Under the pieces are notes generated by a model, which had not been told where the DNA came from, ran no database searches, and saw only the letters and a program-made list of their open reading frames with translations. The position numbers and the translations under genes are program-made. A DNA stretch of 63,184 nt, filler included, from Octopus bimaculoides (taxonomy: Eukaryota), in assembly GCF_001194135.2 (NCBI RefSeq). It is 7 parts of 7 records of this genome, joined end to end, with 100 filler letters (N's around TTAATTAATTAA, not from the genome) between each part and the next. Parts side by side here need not be neighbours in the genome. Positions count along the whole stretch, not along the records: positions 9,296 to 15,102 come from NC_068987.1; positions 15,203 to 42,820 come from NC_069004.1; 5 more parts are not named here. The stretch is one strand, 5' to 3'. Within the stretch, counting starts at the first letter, position 1, and the number at the start of each line of letters is the position of its first letter. Below, piece after piece: positions 12,983 through 25,800 of this stretch.

Positions 12983-14597
12983 TCACTGCCATCGTTTAGC
13001 GTCCATTTCCAAAGTTGGCATCGTTTAAAAGAAAATACAGAAATACAATTAACTGTGAGCAATGAAAGATAAAAAGAATCCGATCAACTTGAATTATTCC
13101 AAGCAACAGCTTACAATTCCAATTAAGTAACCTAATTAGGACTGAGACTTAATTGATATAAAGAAGTTATAGAAAGATCCTATAAAGTGACCTAATTGCA
13201 GGTGGTACAATATCTAAGATATGAGATTATTTAGTTGCTTACTCTCTTTACTCTTTTACTTGTTTCAGTCATTTGATTGCAGCCATGCTGGGGCACTGCC
13301 TTTAGTCGAGCAAATTGACCCCAGGACTTATTCTTTGTAAGCCTAGTACTTATTCTATCGGTCTCTTTTGCCGAACCGCTAAGTTACAGGGACGTAAACA
13401 CATCAGCATCGGTTGTCAAGCGATGTTGGGGGGGACAAACACAGACACACAAACATATACACACACACGTCCTTACTTTCAAGTTCGTGCCTCACAGCGT
13501 TCATACACACATAATTTTTCTTGTCTGGCCGTAAAGCCTTTTCTGTTTGTTTTCCTGTCTTGTTTTTTGTCCGNNNNNNNNNNNNNNNNNNNNNNNNNNN
13601 NNNNNNNNNNNNNNNNNNNNNNNNNNNNNNNNNNNNNNNNNNNNNNNNNNNNNNNNNNNNNNNNNNNNNNNNNNNNNNNNNNNNNNNNNNNNNNNNNNNN
13701 NNNNNNNNNNNNNNNNNNNNNNNNNNNNNNNNNNNNNNNNNNNNNNNNNNNNNNNNNNNNNNNNNNNNNNNNNNNNCGGTTTCACCAGTCCTCAGTCAAA
13801 TCGTCCAACCCATGCTAGCATGGAAAGCGGACGTTAAACGATGATGATGATGATGATGAAATCCACTCACAAGGCTTTGGTCAGCCCGAGGCTATAGTAG
13901 AAGACACTTGCCCAAGGTACCACACAGTGGGACTGAACCCAGAACCATGTGGTTGGTTAGCAAGCTACTTACCACACAGCCACTCCTGTTTATTATTTTT
14001 AGCATTCTATTTATTAAAAGCAACAAACTGGCAGAATCATTAGCATGCTGAGTGAAATGCTTTGCAGCATTTTTGTCTGTCTTTATGTTCTGAGTTCAAA
14101 TTCTGTCACGGTTGACTTTGCCTTTTATCCTTTCGGGGTCGATAAAATAAGTACCAGTTGAGTACTGCGGTTGATGTAATTGATTTACCTCCTCCCCCAA
14201 AATTATTGGTCTTGTGCTGAAATTTAAAATCAATATTCTGTTGATTAAATGTAGCAAGCTGGCAGAATCATTAGTGTGCTGTACAAAATGCTTAGTGGCA
14301 TTTTGTCCATCTTTATATTCTGAGTTCCAATTCCAGCAGGGTTGATTTAGCCTTTCAACCTTTTGGGTTCAATAAAATAAGTACCAGTTGAGCACGGGGG
14401 AGGGGGGGTCAATGTAATCAACTTACCCCTTGACTGAACTTGCTGGCCTTGTGCCAAAATTTCAGATTCGTATTCTATTGGTTAGCATATGACAATTCTT
14501 TAGCCATTCTTCGACAGTTACAGACAGACTGCAAGAGACTAAATGGCATTTCCACAGTTAATGTCTAATTTGTTCTTTGTTGATGGACAGAATTTGT

Positions 14598-14613
14598 CAT
14601 CATCATCATCATT

Positions 14614-14648
<35 letters not shown>

Positions 14649-14731
14649 TATAATTACCGTCATTATCATCGTCATCGTCATCATCATTATCATTGTCATC
14701 ATCATCATTATCGTCACTGTGATCATTGTCG

Positions 14732-14769
<38 letters not shown>

Positions 14770-14783
14770 CTCATCATCATCAT
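14598..14783. repeat. (CAT)n microsatellite
   Basis: Seen directly; source of the poly-His/Asp/Met ORFs. Confidence 0.95.
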
Positions 14784-15051
14784 TTTTAACGTCTACTGTC
14801 TCATACTTACATGGCTCAGACATAAGTACTCTGAGCCAGAGTTTTCTATAGCTGGGTGCCTTTTCTGTCACCAAGTGAGGTTTTAAACTCCCCAGTCTGC
14901 TGAACAACAAACAGCACAGACATGTTTTATACAGAGGGTTGGAAACAAACGTCACTCTCAAGAAGTCATTGTTTACAAACTAAGAAGTGCAAAGGAAATA
15001 CAAACTCAACACATACACACAAAAATATATCTATATCTATCCTTCTCTCTC

Positions 15052-15102
<51 letters not shown>

Positions 15103-15202
15103 NNNNNNNNNNNNNNNNNNNNNNNNNNNNNNNNNNNNNNNNNNNNTTAATTAATTAANNNNNNNNNNNNNNNNNNNNNNNNNNNNNNNNNNNNNNNNNN
15201 NN

Positions 15203-15259
<57 letters not shown>

Positions 15260-15315
15260 TATATAGTACAGACACTGATGCACACACACTCACGAGCATA
15301 CATACATACACACAG

Positions 15316-15350
<35 letters not shown>

Positions 15351-17150
15351 ATGGTATAGCTACAACTATCTCTGCCTACGCCCCACAAGGGGGCCTACAA
15401 AATGAACAGAAGGATCATTTTTATGCAGGCTACCTCAAAGACGAGTGACAATGATCTCATCTTTGTTGCTGGAGATTTTTAATGGACATGTCAGACAGCA
15501 ATCTGGTATCTTCCATGGTGTACATGGAGTTGGTACCAGAAATGAAGAGGGAACTAGGCTCCTGGAGTTCAGCGATGCAAATAGCCTATTGATCTGCAAC
15601 ACTAATTTCAGGAAGCTAACTAGCCACCTGATACCCTATCAATCAGGTGACTCTACTAGCCAGATCGACTTCGTTATCACAGACAGAGAGGGATGCATGG
15701 TTGCTCTTAAATACAAAGCTCCTCCCTGGTGAACAATGTACCCCCCAGCATAGATTAGTTATTAGTGTCTTTAGACTCAAAGCCAGAAGGATGCCAAGGA
15801 GCAGACCAATCTTGAAAAGAAGGACTTGGAAGCTTAAGAACCTTTTACATGGTCAGAGATTTAGGGATATCCTAATTGAGAAATTTGATGATAGGGAGGA
15901 GGGACTACAGTCCTGTGACATAGAAAGCAGCTGGGAATCCCTGCAAGACAGCTTGCTGAGTGCCTCAGACCAAATCTGTGGCTGGTGCAAAGTCCCTTCC
16001 AGACCTAGGGTAACATGGTGGTGGAACAATACTGTAGACAGGGCCATTAGAGCAAAGAAACAAACTTGGAATCCCTGGAAGAGTGGGGGTAGCAAGAGAA
16101 TGTATCAGATAGCCAAAAGAGAAACTAAGAGACAGGTATATATAGTCAAGGGAATAGCAGAAAAGAAGTTTGCCAATGTTCAGCGACGTGAGGACCAAAG
16201 AATTGAAGTATTTGGGATTGCAAGACAGTGTGTGAGAGAAAACTGTGGTCTCTGCTTGGATGATGGTGCCCTTGCGTTTAATGATTCTGCAAAGGAAGAG
16301 GCTAGGAGATGCCATTATGAAAGACTGTTGAATGTGGAGAATGAATGGGAGGAAGAGAGTCTACTAAAGGTTGACCCAATTGAGGGACTAGCTATCCAAA
16401 TCAACAATACCCAGGTAGATAAAGCAATTAAGGATATGAAGACAGGGAAAGCACCTGGCCCATCAGGAATCACCATTGAGATGCTTAAAGTATCAGGCAG
16501 TGTGGGTTATGGTCTTGTCACGCGCATCATAAATCAGGTAGTTCATGAAGGAGTCATATCCAATGACTGGTGTAGCAGCAACATAGTCAACTTGTACAAG
16601 GGGAAAGGTGATGCTTTAGATAGAAATAACTGCAAGGATATCAAATTATTGGATGAAAGTTACAGAGAGGGTCATAGCCCAACTAATTAATTAGGGAGAG
16701 AGTTAGTCTAGATGAGATGCAGTTTGGTTTTGTACCAGGCAGAAGCACAACTGATGCTATATTTCTGGTGAGACAACTACAGGAGAAATACCTACCCAAA
16801 GATAAACCTCTGTACTTAGCTTTTGTTGACATGGAGAAAGCCTTTGACAGGGTCCCCCAATCCCTTATCTGGTGGTCAGTGTGGATAGACGAGTGGTTGG
16901 TACGAGTTGTACAAACCTTGTACAGGGATGCTGTCAGTAAGGTGAGGGTTGGCAACGAGTATAATGAAGAATTCCAGGTAGAAGTAGGAGTTCACCAAGT
17001 ATCAGTCCTCAGCCCCCTTTTATTCATTATAGTCCTTCAAGCACTAACAGAGGAATTCAAGACAGGCTGCCCCTGGGAGCTCCTCTATGCTGATGACCTG
17101 GCCCTCATAGCAGAATCACTACCAGAACTAGAGAAGAAACTTCAAGTGTG
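15351..17150 (+). mobile_element. RTE-clade LINE, truncated, frameshifted (APE tail + RT)
   Basis: SAYAPQ, GDFNGHV, GTRNEEGTRLLEF, QIDF, KAPGPSGI, QFGFVPGRSTTDAIF, FVDMEKAFDRV, LSPLLF, YADD. Confidence 0.95.
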
Positions 17151-17983
17151 GTATAACTCGAAGTACATAATTATAAACATTTATACATACCCATACAAAC
17201 ACAACGTATCCACAAGCTCATATACAAATGTTCACACTTATATACAAACTAAATCTAATTCGTTTATCTCAGCCATGTGCAAATAAGACCAAAATAATAC
17301 CGCAGTAAATAAATTGGTTGAAGTGATTTATATTTTTCTTTATAATCAAGAATAAAATCTATATAAGATTTGATCAAGTAGCCAGCAAGTAATAAACCAC
17401 ATAGGTAAAAATCAATACAAAATATATAATCATATAAATATAATTATAGTAAGGGCACTAATGAGTAATGTCACATACTAGAAATAGATACCAAATGGTT
17501 CTAAAAACTACATTTTTTTACCACATTGGCATGGGCTGAAAGCGAGGGAAATGAACAAAAAAGGGTTTTTTTAAAAATGGTTTAACCATAGATAGTGGAA
17601 CTAATGTGGTAAATAATGTAGTTCTTAGAGCCATTTGATGTCTATTTTTAGCATGTGCACTACTCATTAGTGCCCTTACTATAATTATATTTATATGATT
17701 ATATATTTTGTATTAATTTTTACCTATGTGGTTTATTACATGCTGGCTACTTGATAAAATCTTATATAGATTTTATTCTTGATTATAAAATTAATATAAA
17801 TCACTTCAACCAATTTCTTTACTGTGGGATTATTTTGGTCTTATTTGCACATGGCTGAGATGAACAAATTAGATTTAGCCTGTCTATAAGTGTGAACATT
17901 TGTATATGCACTTATGGATACATTGTGTTCATATGGGTATGTATAAATGTTTATAGTTATGTACTTTGAGTTATACCATACTG
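17145..17983. mobile_element. Foldback/MITE-like palindromic element
   Basis: ~380-bp inverted arms 17145-17527 and 17603-17982 (ggtataactcgaagtac.../...gtactttgagttatacc) with a 75-bp spacer; interrupts the RTE just after YADD. Confidence 0.8.
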
Positions 17984-18019
17984 AGGTTGGTAAAGGGTGT
18001 TACATCCTAAACTAGATGT

Positions 18020-18215
18020 CACCATGACAGAGAAAGTTGAGCAGAGAATCTGCATCAAATTTTGCCAAAAGTTTTCATTGTTCTCGGCACAATCAAGATC
18101 TTATGCAACTGAAACTTGAATGTCTTTTTGGTCAGCTGAAAGCAGTTTTGGCACAAACTTGGCAGATACAAGTCTCATACCCAAATCTTCAGTGATAATA
18201 GACTGAACTGAATCA
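18020..18215. mobile_element. Mariner transposase fragments in opposite orientations
   Basis: + MTEKVEQRICIKFCQK (N-terminus) abuts - VQSIITEDLGMRLVSAKFVPKLLSADQK (WVPxxL-type motif). Confidence 0.7.
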
Positions 18216-18843
18216 TAACCTGGATAAGTACCTGGTTATGGTACCTCGATAAGTACCTGGACTGTTGCCATAGTAATGAGGCTAAAGCATGCAGAGTGAA
18301 GCCGCTAGGCAAAGATTGACCTGGAACTCTACTGAGTTTTAACATTGTAGCTCACTTCCGCTGTTTACAGCAGTGATTGGAATGAAGGTGTGTAGTGTGT
18401 GATTGTCACATTGACTGTGAAAGAGAAAGTTGTCATGGCAATACCTGTTCAGAGGACGATGCAAAGTTGCAGAAAGGGTATGAAGAGGAATATATGAGTC
18501 ACAAACAAATGGATCATACATTTCCAAGATGTATGTGCAATATGCATATGCATGCACTACATGGTAATATATGCCTGTATTCATATATGCATGAATGTAA
18601 GCAAATCCACATGCAAGCATACATACATAGACATATGCATGAGCATACACACATACATGTGAATACAGGCACATATTGCATGCAAACCCATATAGTATAA
18701 TAATGAATTAATTTTAACAAAGTAATTAAAGTAATAACACTAATGTCATGAGGGAAATAGCAGTTGTAAAATATGGAATATAATTGGTATGTGTTAATAC
18801 ATATGTACACATATACATATACTCACACACACACACACACACA

Positions 18844-18879
<36 letters not shown>

Positions 18880-18936
18880 CACANNNNNNNNNNNNNNNNN
18901 NNNNNNNNNNNNNNNNNNNNNNNNNNNNNNNNNNNN

Positions 18937-18984
<48 letters not shown>

Positions 18985-18992
18985 GCACAAAC

Positions 18993-19810
18993 ATACGAAG
19001 TATTTTAAATGTAGTGCACTACCAATTGGCAGCACACAGTTGCATGCACAGTTAGAGCCACCAGTGACCTTCATGAGGCAGTGTGCTGAGTGATATCACA
19101 GTGTTTACTTCACAAGTTGTGAAATTTGTGATGGTGTGATCACTTGTATGCTGTAGTCAGTAATTTTGTCATGGACAGGAAGAGCCAATGCGAAATTTTG
19201 CATTAAACTTCGAAAGTTTGCTACAGAGACATTGAGCATGCTTCGGCAAGCTTACGGCAAAAAAGCAATGAGTCGTATACAATGTTTTGAGTGGCATGGA
19301 TGCTTCAAAGGTGGAAATGTGGCACTGTGCAAGAATTCATTCTCCAGGCCCAGACTATCAATCAAGAGTTCTACTGCAATGTCTTGAAGCATTTAAGGGT
19401 GGATATTCAGCAAAATCGACCAGATCTGTGGAACATGAAGAACTGGATTCTTCACCGATCTCTCTTCATTCATGAGTTTCTCACCAAAAACATGGTATCA
19501 CTTCTGCGCCCACCCCATTCACCAGATTTAGCACCTGCACAGACCAGTCTCTTCCTCAAGATGAAAATGCAGTTCAAAGATCGCCATCTTAACACTGTTG
19601 TCAAGATCCAGAGCAAATCACAGAAGGTCCTTGACTCACTTATGGAAAATGACTTCCAGATCAAATTCCAAAAGTGGCAGGAATATTGGCACCAGTGTAT
19701 TGCTGCTGTGCAAGGTGACTATTTTGAAGGAGATGATATTAAAACTTAGGTAAATAAGTTATCTTTAATTAAGCATAAATAGTCTGGGAAACTTTTGATA
19801 TTACCTTGTA
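18993..19810 (+). mobile_element. Mariner element, internally deleted
   Basis: KFCIKLRKFATETLSMLRQAYG...FEWH; then QTINQEFYCNVLKHLR, PPHSPDLAP, QGDYFEGD; mariner-type right end gggaaacttttgatattaccttgTA. Confidence 0.85.
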
Positions 19811-19834
19811 TATACATATACATACATGTATAGG

Positions 19835-20105
19835 TGAAGGTGCGTGGCTTAATGGTTAGGGCATTCAGTTCACGATCGTAAGGTCATGAGTTCAATTCCC
19901 AGGGCTGAATTGTGTTCTTGAGCAAGACATTTTACTTCATGCTGCTCCAATCCACTCAGCTGGCTAAAATGAGTAGTATCTGTATTTCTGTGTCACACTG
20001 AATCTCCCTGAGAACTACAATAAGGGTATATGTGTCTGTGGAGTGCTCAGCCACATGCACATTAATTTTACAAGCAGACTTTCTGTTGATTACATCAACT
20101 GAAAC
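19835..20105 (+). mobile_element. tRNA-SINE family 3 (CORE-like gtgttcttgagcaagaca)
   Basis: A-box tggcttaatggttagg, B-box gagttcaattccc, conserved body. Confidence 0.8.
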
Positions 20106-20116
20106 ATATATATTGT

Positions 20117-22870
20117 TGTATCGCCAATTGTTATGACAATATCAATTTACCCGATAACTAATTAGTAACAATAAAGCATATAACGAAGCAGGGTAACAAC
20201 AACATAACAACCCAACAAACTCTCCATGAACTATACACGAACTGACAAATGATATTCTGACAAATTACCAAAACAATACCTTACAACTTCCTGTGATTAG
20301 CACCTGCTCTTTCTGACCTCTCACTCAGACCGCTACTATTTATAGTCGTTCAGTCAAGTCTATTCTCACAGGGGGTGTTGTGACTTTTGCCACATCTCCC
20401 ATTTTGAGATTTCGACTTCCATAGGAAACAAAATTTATTCTATTATTTTTTTCTCTTTCTTTCCAACACATCTCCCTTTTTGAAATTTTGCTTCCCTAGG
20501 GAGTTCAGTATCTTTTCCACTTAGGAATTATTTCTAAATGTTCAGTCTGTTTATGTTTTTCTGTTACTGCTACTTCTAGGCTCAATCTGTTTCAGTGCTG
20601 GCACATCGAACATGTCATAAAACACTTCCATTAGAATTTCCTTCCTTTCTACTGTATGTCTGGTTTTTAATTGATTTAAGTCGTGTTTATGCTCCCATCA
20701 TTGGCCTTTTATTAAATACATCATGTTTTCAATTCTTTTAGTCACTACACCATCCTACCAACTCTCTTCAATGTTCTTGTATACTTTGAAGTGTTTAGTT
20801 GAATTTTTTTATTTTCTCTATATATTTTTTTCCTTTGACAAGAGTTTGTCAAAGATAGATTTAATCCTTTGTGCGAACATTAGCTCTGCAGGTGACTTGC
20901 CTGAACTGGAATTCAGATTAGGCATTATTCTGTACACCTTTAAAGATTTAGTTAGCGCTTCATCATTTCCTAACTCGTTCCTTGTTCTGCTTGCCCATTT
21001 GACCTCAGGTGGGGTAAACAAGTGCTTGAATGAATGCATTTTGCAGAATTTATTGAACTCATATCCTGTGAATTATGTCCCATTGTCTGATACTGTGGTG
21101 TCTTAAACACCATATTGAGCAAAAAGTTTGTGCAGGAACTTTATTGTTGCCTTCAAAGTAGGTTGACTGCCCCTACATACTTCCAGCCACTTTGTAAAGC
21201 TATCAACAATGATCAAGTAGTACATACCTTTCACTGGTTCAGCATAGTCTATATGCACCCTGGATCATGGACTATCTGCCTCAGGCCACAATTGGTATTT
21301 CACCAGTAATGCCTTGGCTGCTAGCACACAATCTCTACATGATTTTGCCAAATTTTCTATGTCCTGGTCCATTGTTGGCCAATACATGTAACTCATCATC
21401 AAAGCTTTCATTCTTGACATCCCCAGGTGTCCACTATGAAATTCATGTAATGTCCGTTTCTGTAATGTTGTTGGTTCTACCACTCTTTCTGCATACATTA
21501 ATACATCATCACAGAGTGAAAAATGATTCACATTCGTGTTCTCTTTTGTTTATTTTTCAAGGTTTCCTTCATTTTTATGATGTATTTGTCCTCTGCTGAG
21601 TTACTTTTTATATCTTGTACAGTCGCTGACAACTCCTGAATGACATTACACATAACATTTTAAATTTCCTTTTCTTATTGTAATGTGGCTATCACTGTAT
21701 CTTTCAGCAGTTCTGCATTCTTCAGAATTAGCCTAGATAAACAATCCGCGTGACCAATTTTCTTAGAAAGAATGTACTCCATCTTAAAGTTGTAATTTAA
21801 TAATATTGTACCCCAGTGTTGTAATCTGTTAACTGAATGGGTAGGAATTCCTTTTGTCGATCTGAAAATTGATAGTAACAGTTGGTGGTCCATCTGAAGT
21901 CGAAAAATTCTGCCATGGAGAAATCTGTGGAATTTCTTCACAGCAAAAATAATCACTACAGCTTCTTTCTCTATCTGACTGGAGTTTTTTGGGTGGGGCT
22001 ACCATCAGAGCACATGAGGCATGAACCACCACCCTCATATTACCATCTTTATATTTGTGTAGCAAAACTGCTCCTATGCCGTATTCAGAAGAGTCAGAAG
22101 CTACAATAAGCTCTGCTGCAGGATCAAAATGAGCCAGAAACAAATCCAATATTAACATATTTTTAATATCCTGAAACGCCTTTTGACAGTTATTTGATCA
22201 ATTCCATTTGGTGTCTTTCTTTAGCAAATTATTAAGTGGAGCTCTCAATTCATACATGCTTGGTATGTAATTTTGATAATAGTTCGCTAGGCCAAGAAAA
22301 GCTTGTAATGTGGCTATGTTAGTTGCGGGGAGGTATATTAATTGTGTTTGCCCTCAACGTGTCAGGTTGTCTTCCATTTTTATCTATAATTTAATTTAAT
22401 TTAATATTTAATTTCAGGCAAAAAGAATTCACACATCTCCTCACTGAGTTTGAAACTGTAATCTCTTACTTTTTGAAAAACACACTTCACATGTTTGATA
22501 TGTTGATCACGAGAGTCACTTTTAATTAATACATCCTTGAGGTATGGAATTGCAAATTGACAGTCCGCCAACATCACATTCATAACCTGTTGAAATATTA
22601 CAGACCAAATGGCAATCTATTATATTTGTATAGTCTTCTGTGCATATTCACTGTTAGAAGCTTTGAGCATTCCTTGTCTATTTTAATTTGTAGATACGCA
22701 TCAGAAAGATCCAGTTTTGAAAATATTTTACCATCATTTAATTTTGCAAAAATATCCTCTGGAGTAGGCAGTGGATAGTGGCACATTTTTAGACAGTCAT
22801 TCAAACCAGTAGAAAAATCAACACACATCCTAATTTGGTCACAACTTCTTTTGTTCGAGTTTCCACACAA
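20117..22870 (-). mobile_element. Gypsy LTR retrotransposon 3' half (RT-RH-IN + 3' LTR), decayed
   Basis: RMCVDFSTGLND...YPLP, FSKLDLSDAYLQI, ASDSSEYGIGAVLLH, HSGHLGMSRMKA...YWP..CRDC, GKSPAELMF; PPT gggaga before TG-starting LTR ~20117-20394. Confidence 0.9.
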
Positions 22871-25800
22871 CCCCTTTTGCTATAGCTACCACTGCAAGAA
22901 GAGAAACCTTTCCTTCTTTACCAAAGGGGGAAGGCAGAACAATCTTTATAATTGACTCGGAGGACAGCAGCTGTTCGACATATACCCACATCTCCGTAAT
23001 TTTCAGACACTGTACAATTGCATACAGGACAGTTTCACTGTCCTGCTTGCATTTTGGACAGGTAGGCAAAACTCTAGCACCATGCCTTGCAAGTTTATCC
23101 CAAACACTGCCAGGCCATGGACCTCGAACATTATCCATAGGTCTCAGCCCGAATGTTCTTTGAAACAGGCCAGCAAGTTGATTACTGTCGAGACCCAGGG
23201 TTTCTCCAAGGGTATCATCACATTCAACCTCTACCAACTTTCTATAAAAAGACGCAGTGGAACCAAAACCTCTGGTATTGCCCGCTCAACTGAAGAGCAT
23301 GAGTGACTTATGGTACTCTGCTTGCCAGGCACCCAACCTTGGTCTACCCCTGATCCAGGGTTCAAGTCTACTAAAACTGGTAAACTTTGGAAACATCAAA
23401 TTGACGAATGGAGACCACATGTGTTCACCCTTCAGGTAGAGCCAAAGATGCCTTAGCCTCAGCATGTGCTTGTGCATCATTAGCCATGGCATCCCTAGCC
23501 CACCCTTCAGCAGCTGTTGGCAACAGATAGAGTACTTCACAAGTGGTCTGCAGCCCTTCCACAAGAAGCGGAAGAGTATATGTTCCAGCTTATTCAGCCA
23601 ATAATCAAGGCAAGGTACAATGGTTAGGCAGTAGGTAATTACAGATGTGATATATGCATTTGCAACCTCCACCCTCCCTTTCAAGGAAAGCCACCGCTCA
23701 GACCAGGTTTAAGCTAGGATGGCCACATTGCTTGTCACCTCACCCCATTCTTCTCTATCTGGAGGTTCAGTCCAAACCAGAACCCTTGCATTTTATTGAG
23801 CCCCTCTGCCCAAAGTCTCATGACATTGTTGGGAAGTATCGACTTGCCTCTCCAGGTGCCAAGAAGCAAGCTAACTGACTTTTCATGGTTAATTTTAGCT
23901 CCTGCCACCGCCTCTTTCTCTTTAATGGCCTCACCTACCCTCTGTAGGCGTTTGACCTCAGGTACGATGATAGTGATATCATCCGCATACGCCGTTACTG
24001 ACTTAACATGACCCAAATCACGTGGGGCACCCCTTATCGCCTCCAACTTTCGCAGCAAGGGCTTCAGGGCCAGTATGTACAGAAGTGGGGAGAGGGGACG
24101 TCCTTGACGAACCGAGCGCTTGATGCAGAATGGCTTTAAAAGGAAGCCATTCACCCAAATGATTGAGTCAATGTTACCATACATGGTGATGATTCTGCTA
24201 CAGAAAACAGGGCCCAGCCCAAACGCTGCGAGGACTGACACCAGGTATCAATGGTCAACCCTATTAAATGCATTGGACTGGTCTAAATGGACTAGAACCT
24301 TGCCAGATTTATTTACACCCTCTAAGGTATAGTGTATAAGGTGGAGATTGTCCTGAATAGCACAAGTTTGCGCCTTCCCTACGAGTTCCTCCATGACATG
24401 CACCAACATTTTTGCTAATACCTTGGAAAAAATTTTCAACTATGTGTTCAGCAGAGCGATAGGCCAAAAATTACCAATATTTGAGTCCTTTCTGATCAGC
24501 GCCACCACCCTCAGCACACAGATCTGGGAGTGAACCCATTCTGCTGCCAGTTGGTGAAAACGCTAGCCAGTAGGTGCCCAAACAAGTCTGGCATACTGTT
24601 TGGGATTGGTTCATAGCAAAGATCATCTAATCCCAGCAACTTACCCCGCCACAGTCCGACAAAGCTTCCTCCACCTCCACAGCTGTGATTGGTCCATCAC
24701 AGCTTGCCACATCCTGTCCCGAGAGACACAGCAAACTGGTGAGGAAGTCCATGAGGTCCTTCCTACACTCCTGTCCATCACTCATCTCGAGCAGCTGGAA
24801 GACCTTGCACATTTCCTTGGGTTCATTTACCAAGACATCTTCTTGATTTGTCAAAGACCTTATTGGGGTACTATTGGCACGTCAAGCTTCAATCACGCAG
24901 GCCCATCCAGCAGCCCTATTCTTTCTTGCCTCATTGCATGAAGCTTCGCTTTGACCCAGCATCCCTTGTATTTGGGTTTGAGGTGTTGGTTGAGAACCAA
25001 TCTTATTGCCAAAACTTGGTCTGCAGTGCCAGAACTCATTGCCTCTTCTAAGTCCTTAACTAAATCCTCCTTTGTTTTTCTTAGCCACTAGTTCCTTACT
25101 GAATCTAATTGACTCAAATTTGATTGCTCGATTTAGGGCGTACCACCATCTATTGTTAATAATAGTACATGTTAAAGCCCTTTGACTAAATGACCTAATC
25201 CCACTCCTCAACCACCAAAAGGGACATGTTGAGTTTCCAGTAGCTGGAGCCTAATCTACATAGCCTATCTAAGTCAAACGTACAGGCACACGTTTGTGAT
25301 CATTGTAGTTTATGTACATAAATTGTGGACACTTAGCTATATCTTTGTCTGACTTTCTGAAAAAGATTCTATCTAGGTAAGATCTAGAAAACCCATCGTC
25401 GTTAGTCCAGGTCCACACTGGGATATCCAGGAATTCTATTCTGTATCAATCTGCTAGCTGAAACCAACATAGCAGATCATTGAGGTATGAGTTTCCCCTT
25501 CTATCCTGTGTTGAGCCAACACAATCTACGCATGCATTGCAGATTGTGTTAAAGTCACTTAATCAAACTATAGAATGTGACATACCTAGAAAATTCTCTA
25601 GGTCCCAAAAGAAATCTGACTGTCTGTCACCAAGCAGCGCGTAGACAGCCACCAACCTGAAAGACCTACCACTGCTGAATGTCATGTCTAGGACAACCAG
25701 CCTGCCCTCCGGGTCAATAAAGATTGTCTTTGTCTCTTCAACCAGGTTTTACTTGAGCAGAACAGCAATGCCCCTTTCCCAATCTTGGTCCGCCAGGAGA

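Noticed and set aside
14539-14961. Poly-Asp/His/Met ORFs and a strong cat|GTAAGT donor at ~14810
   Set aside because: (CAT)n microsatellite plus a decayed retroposon tail; the donor arises within the repeat.
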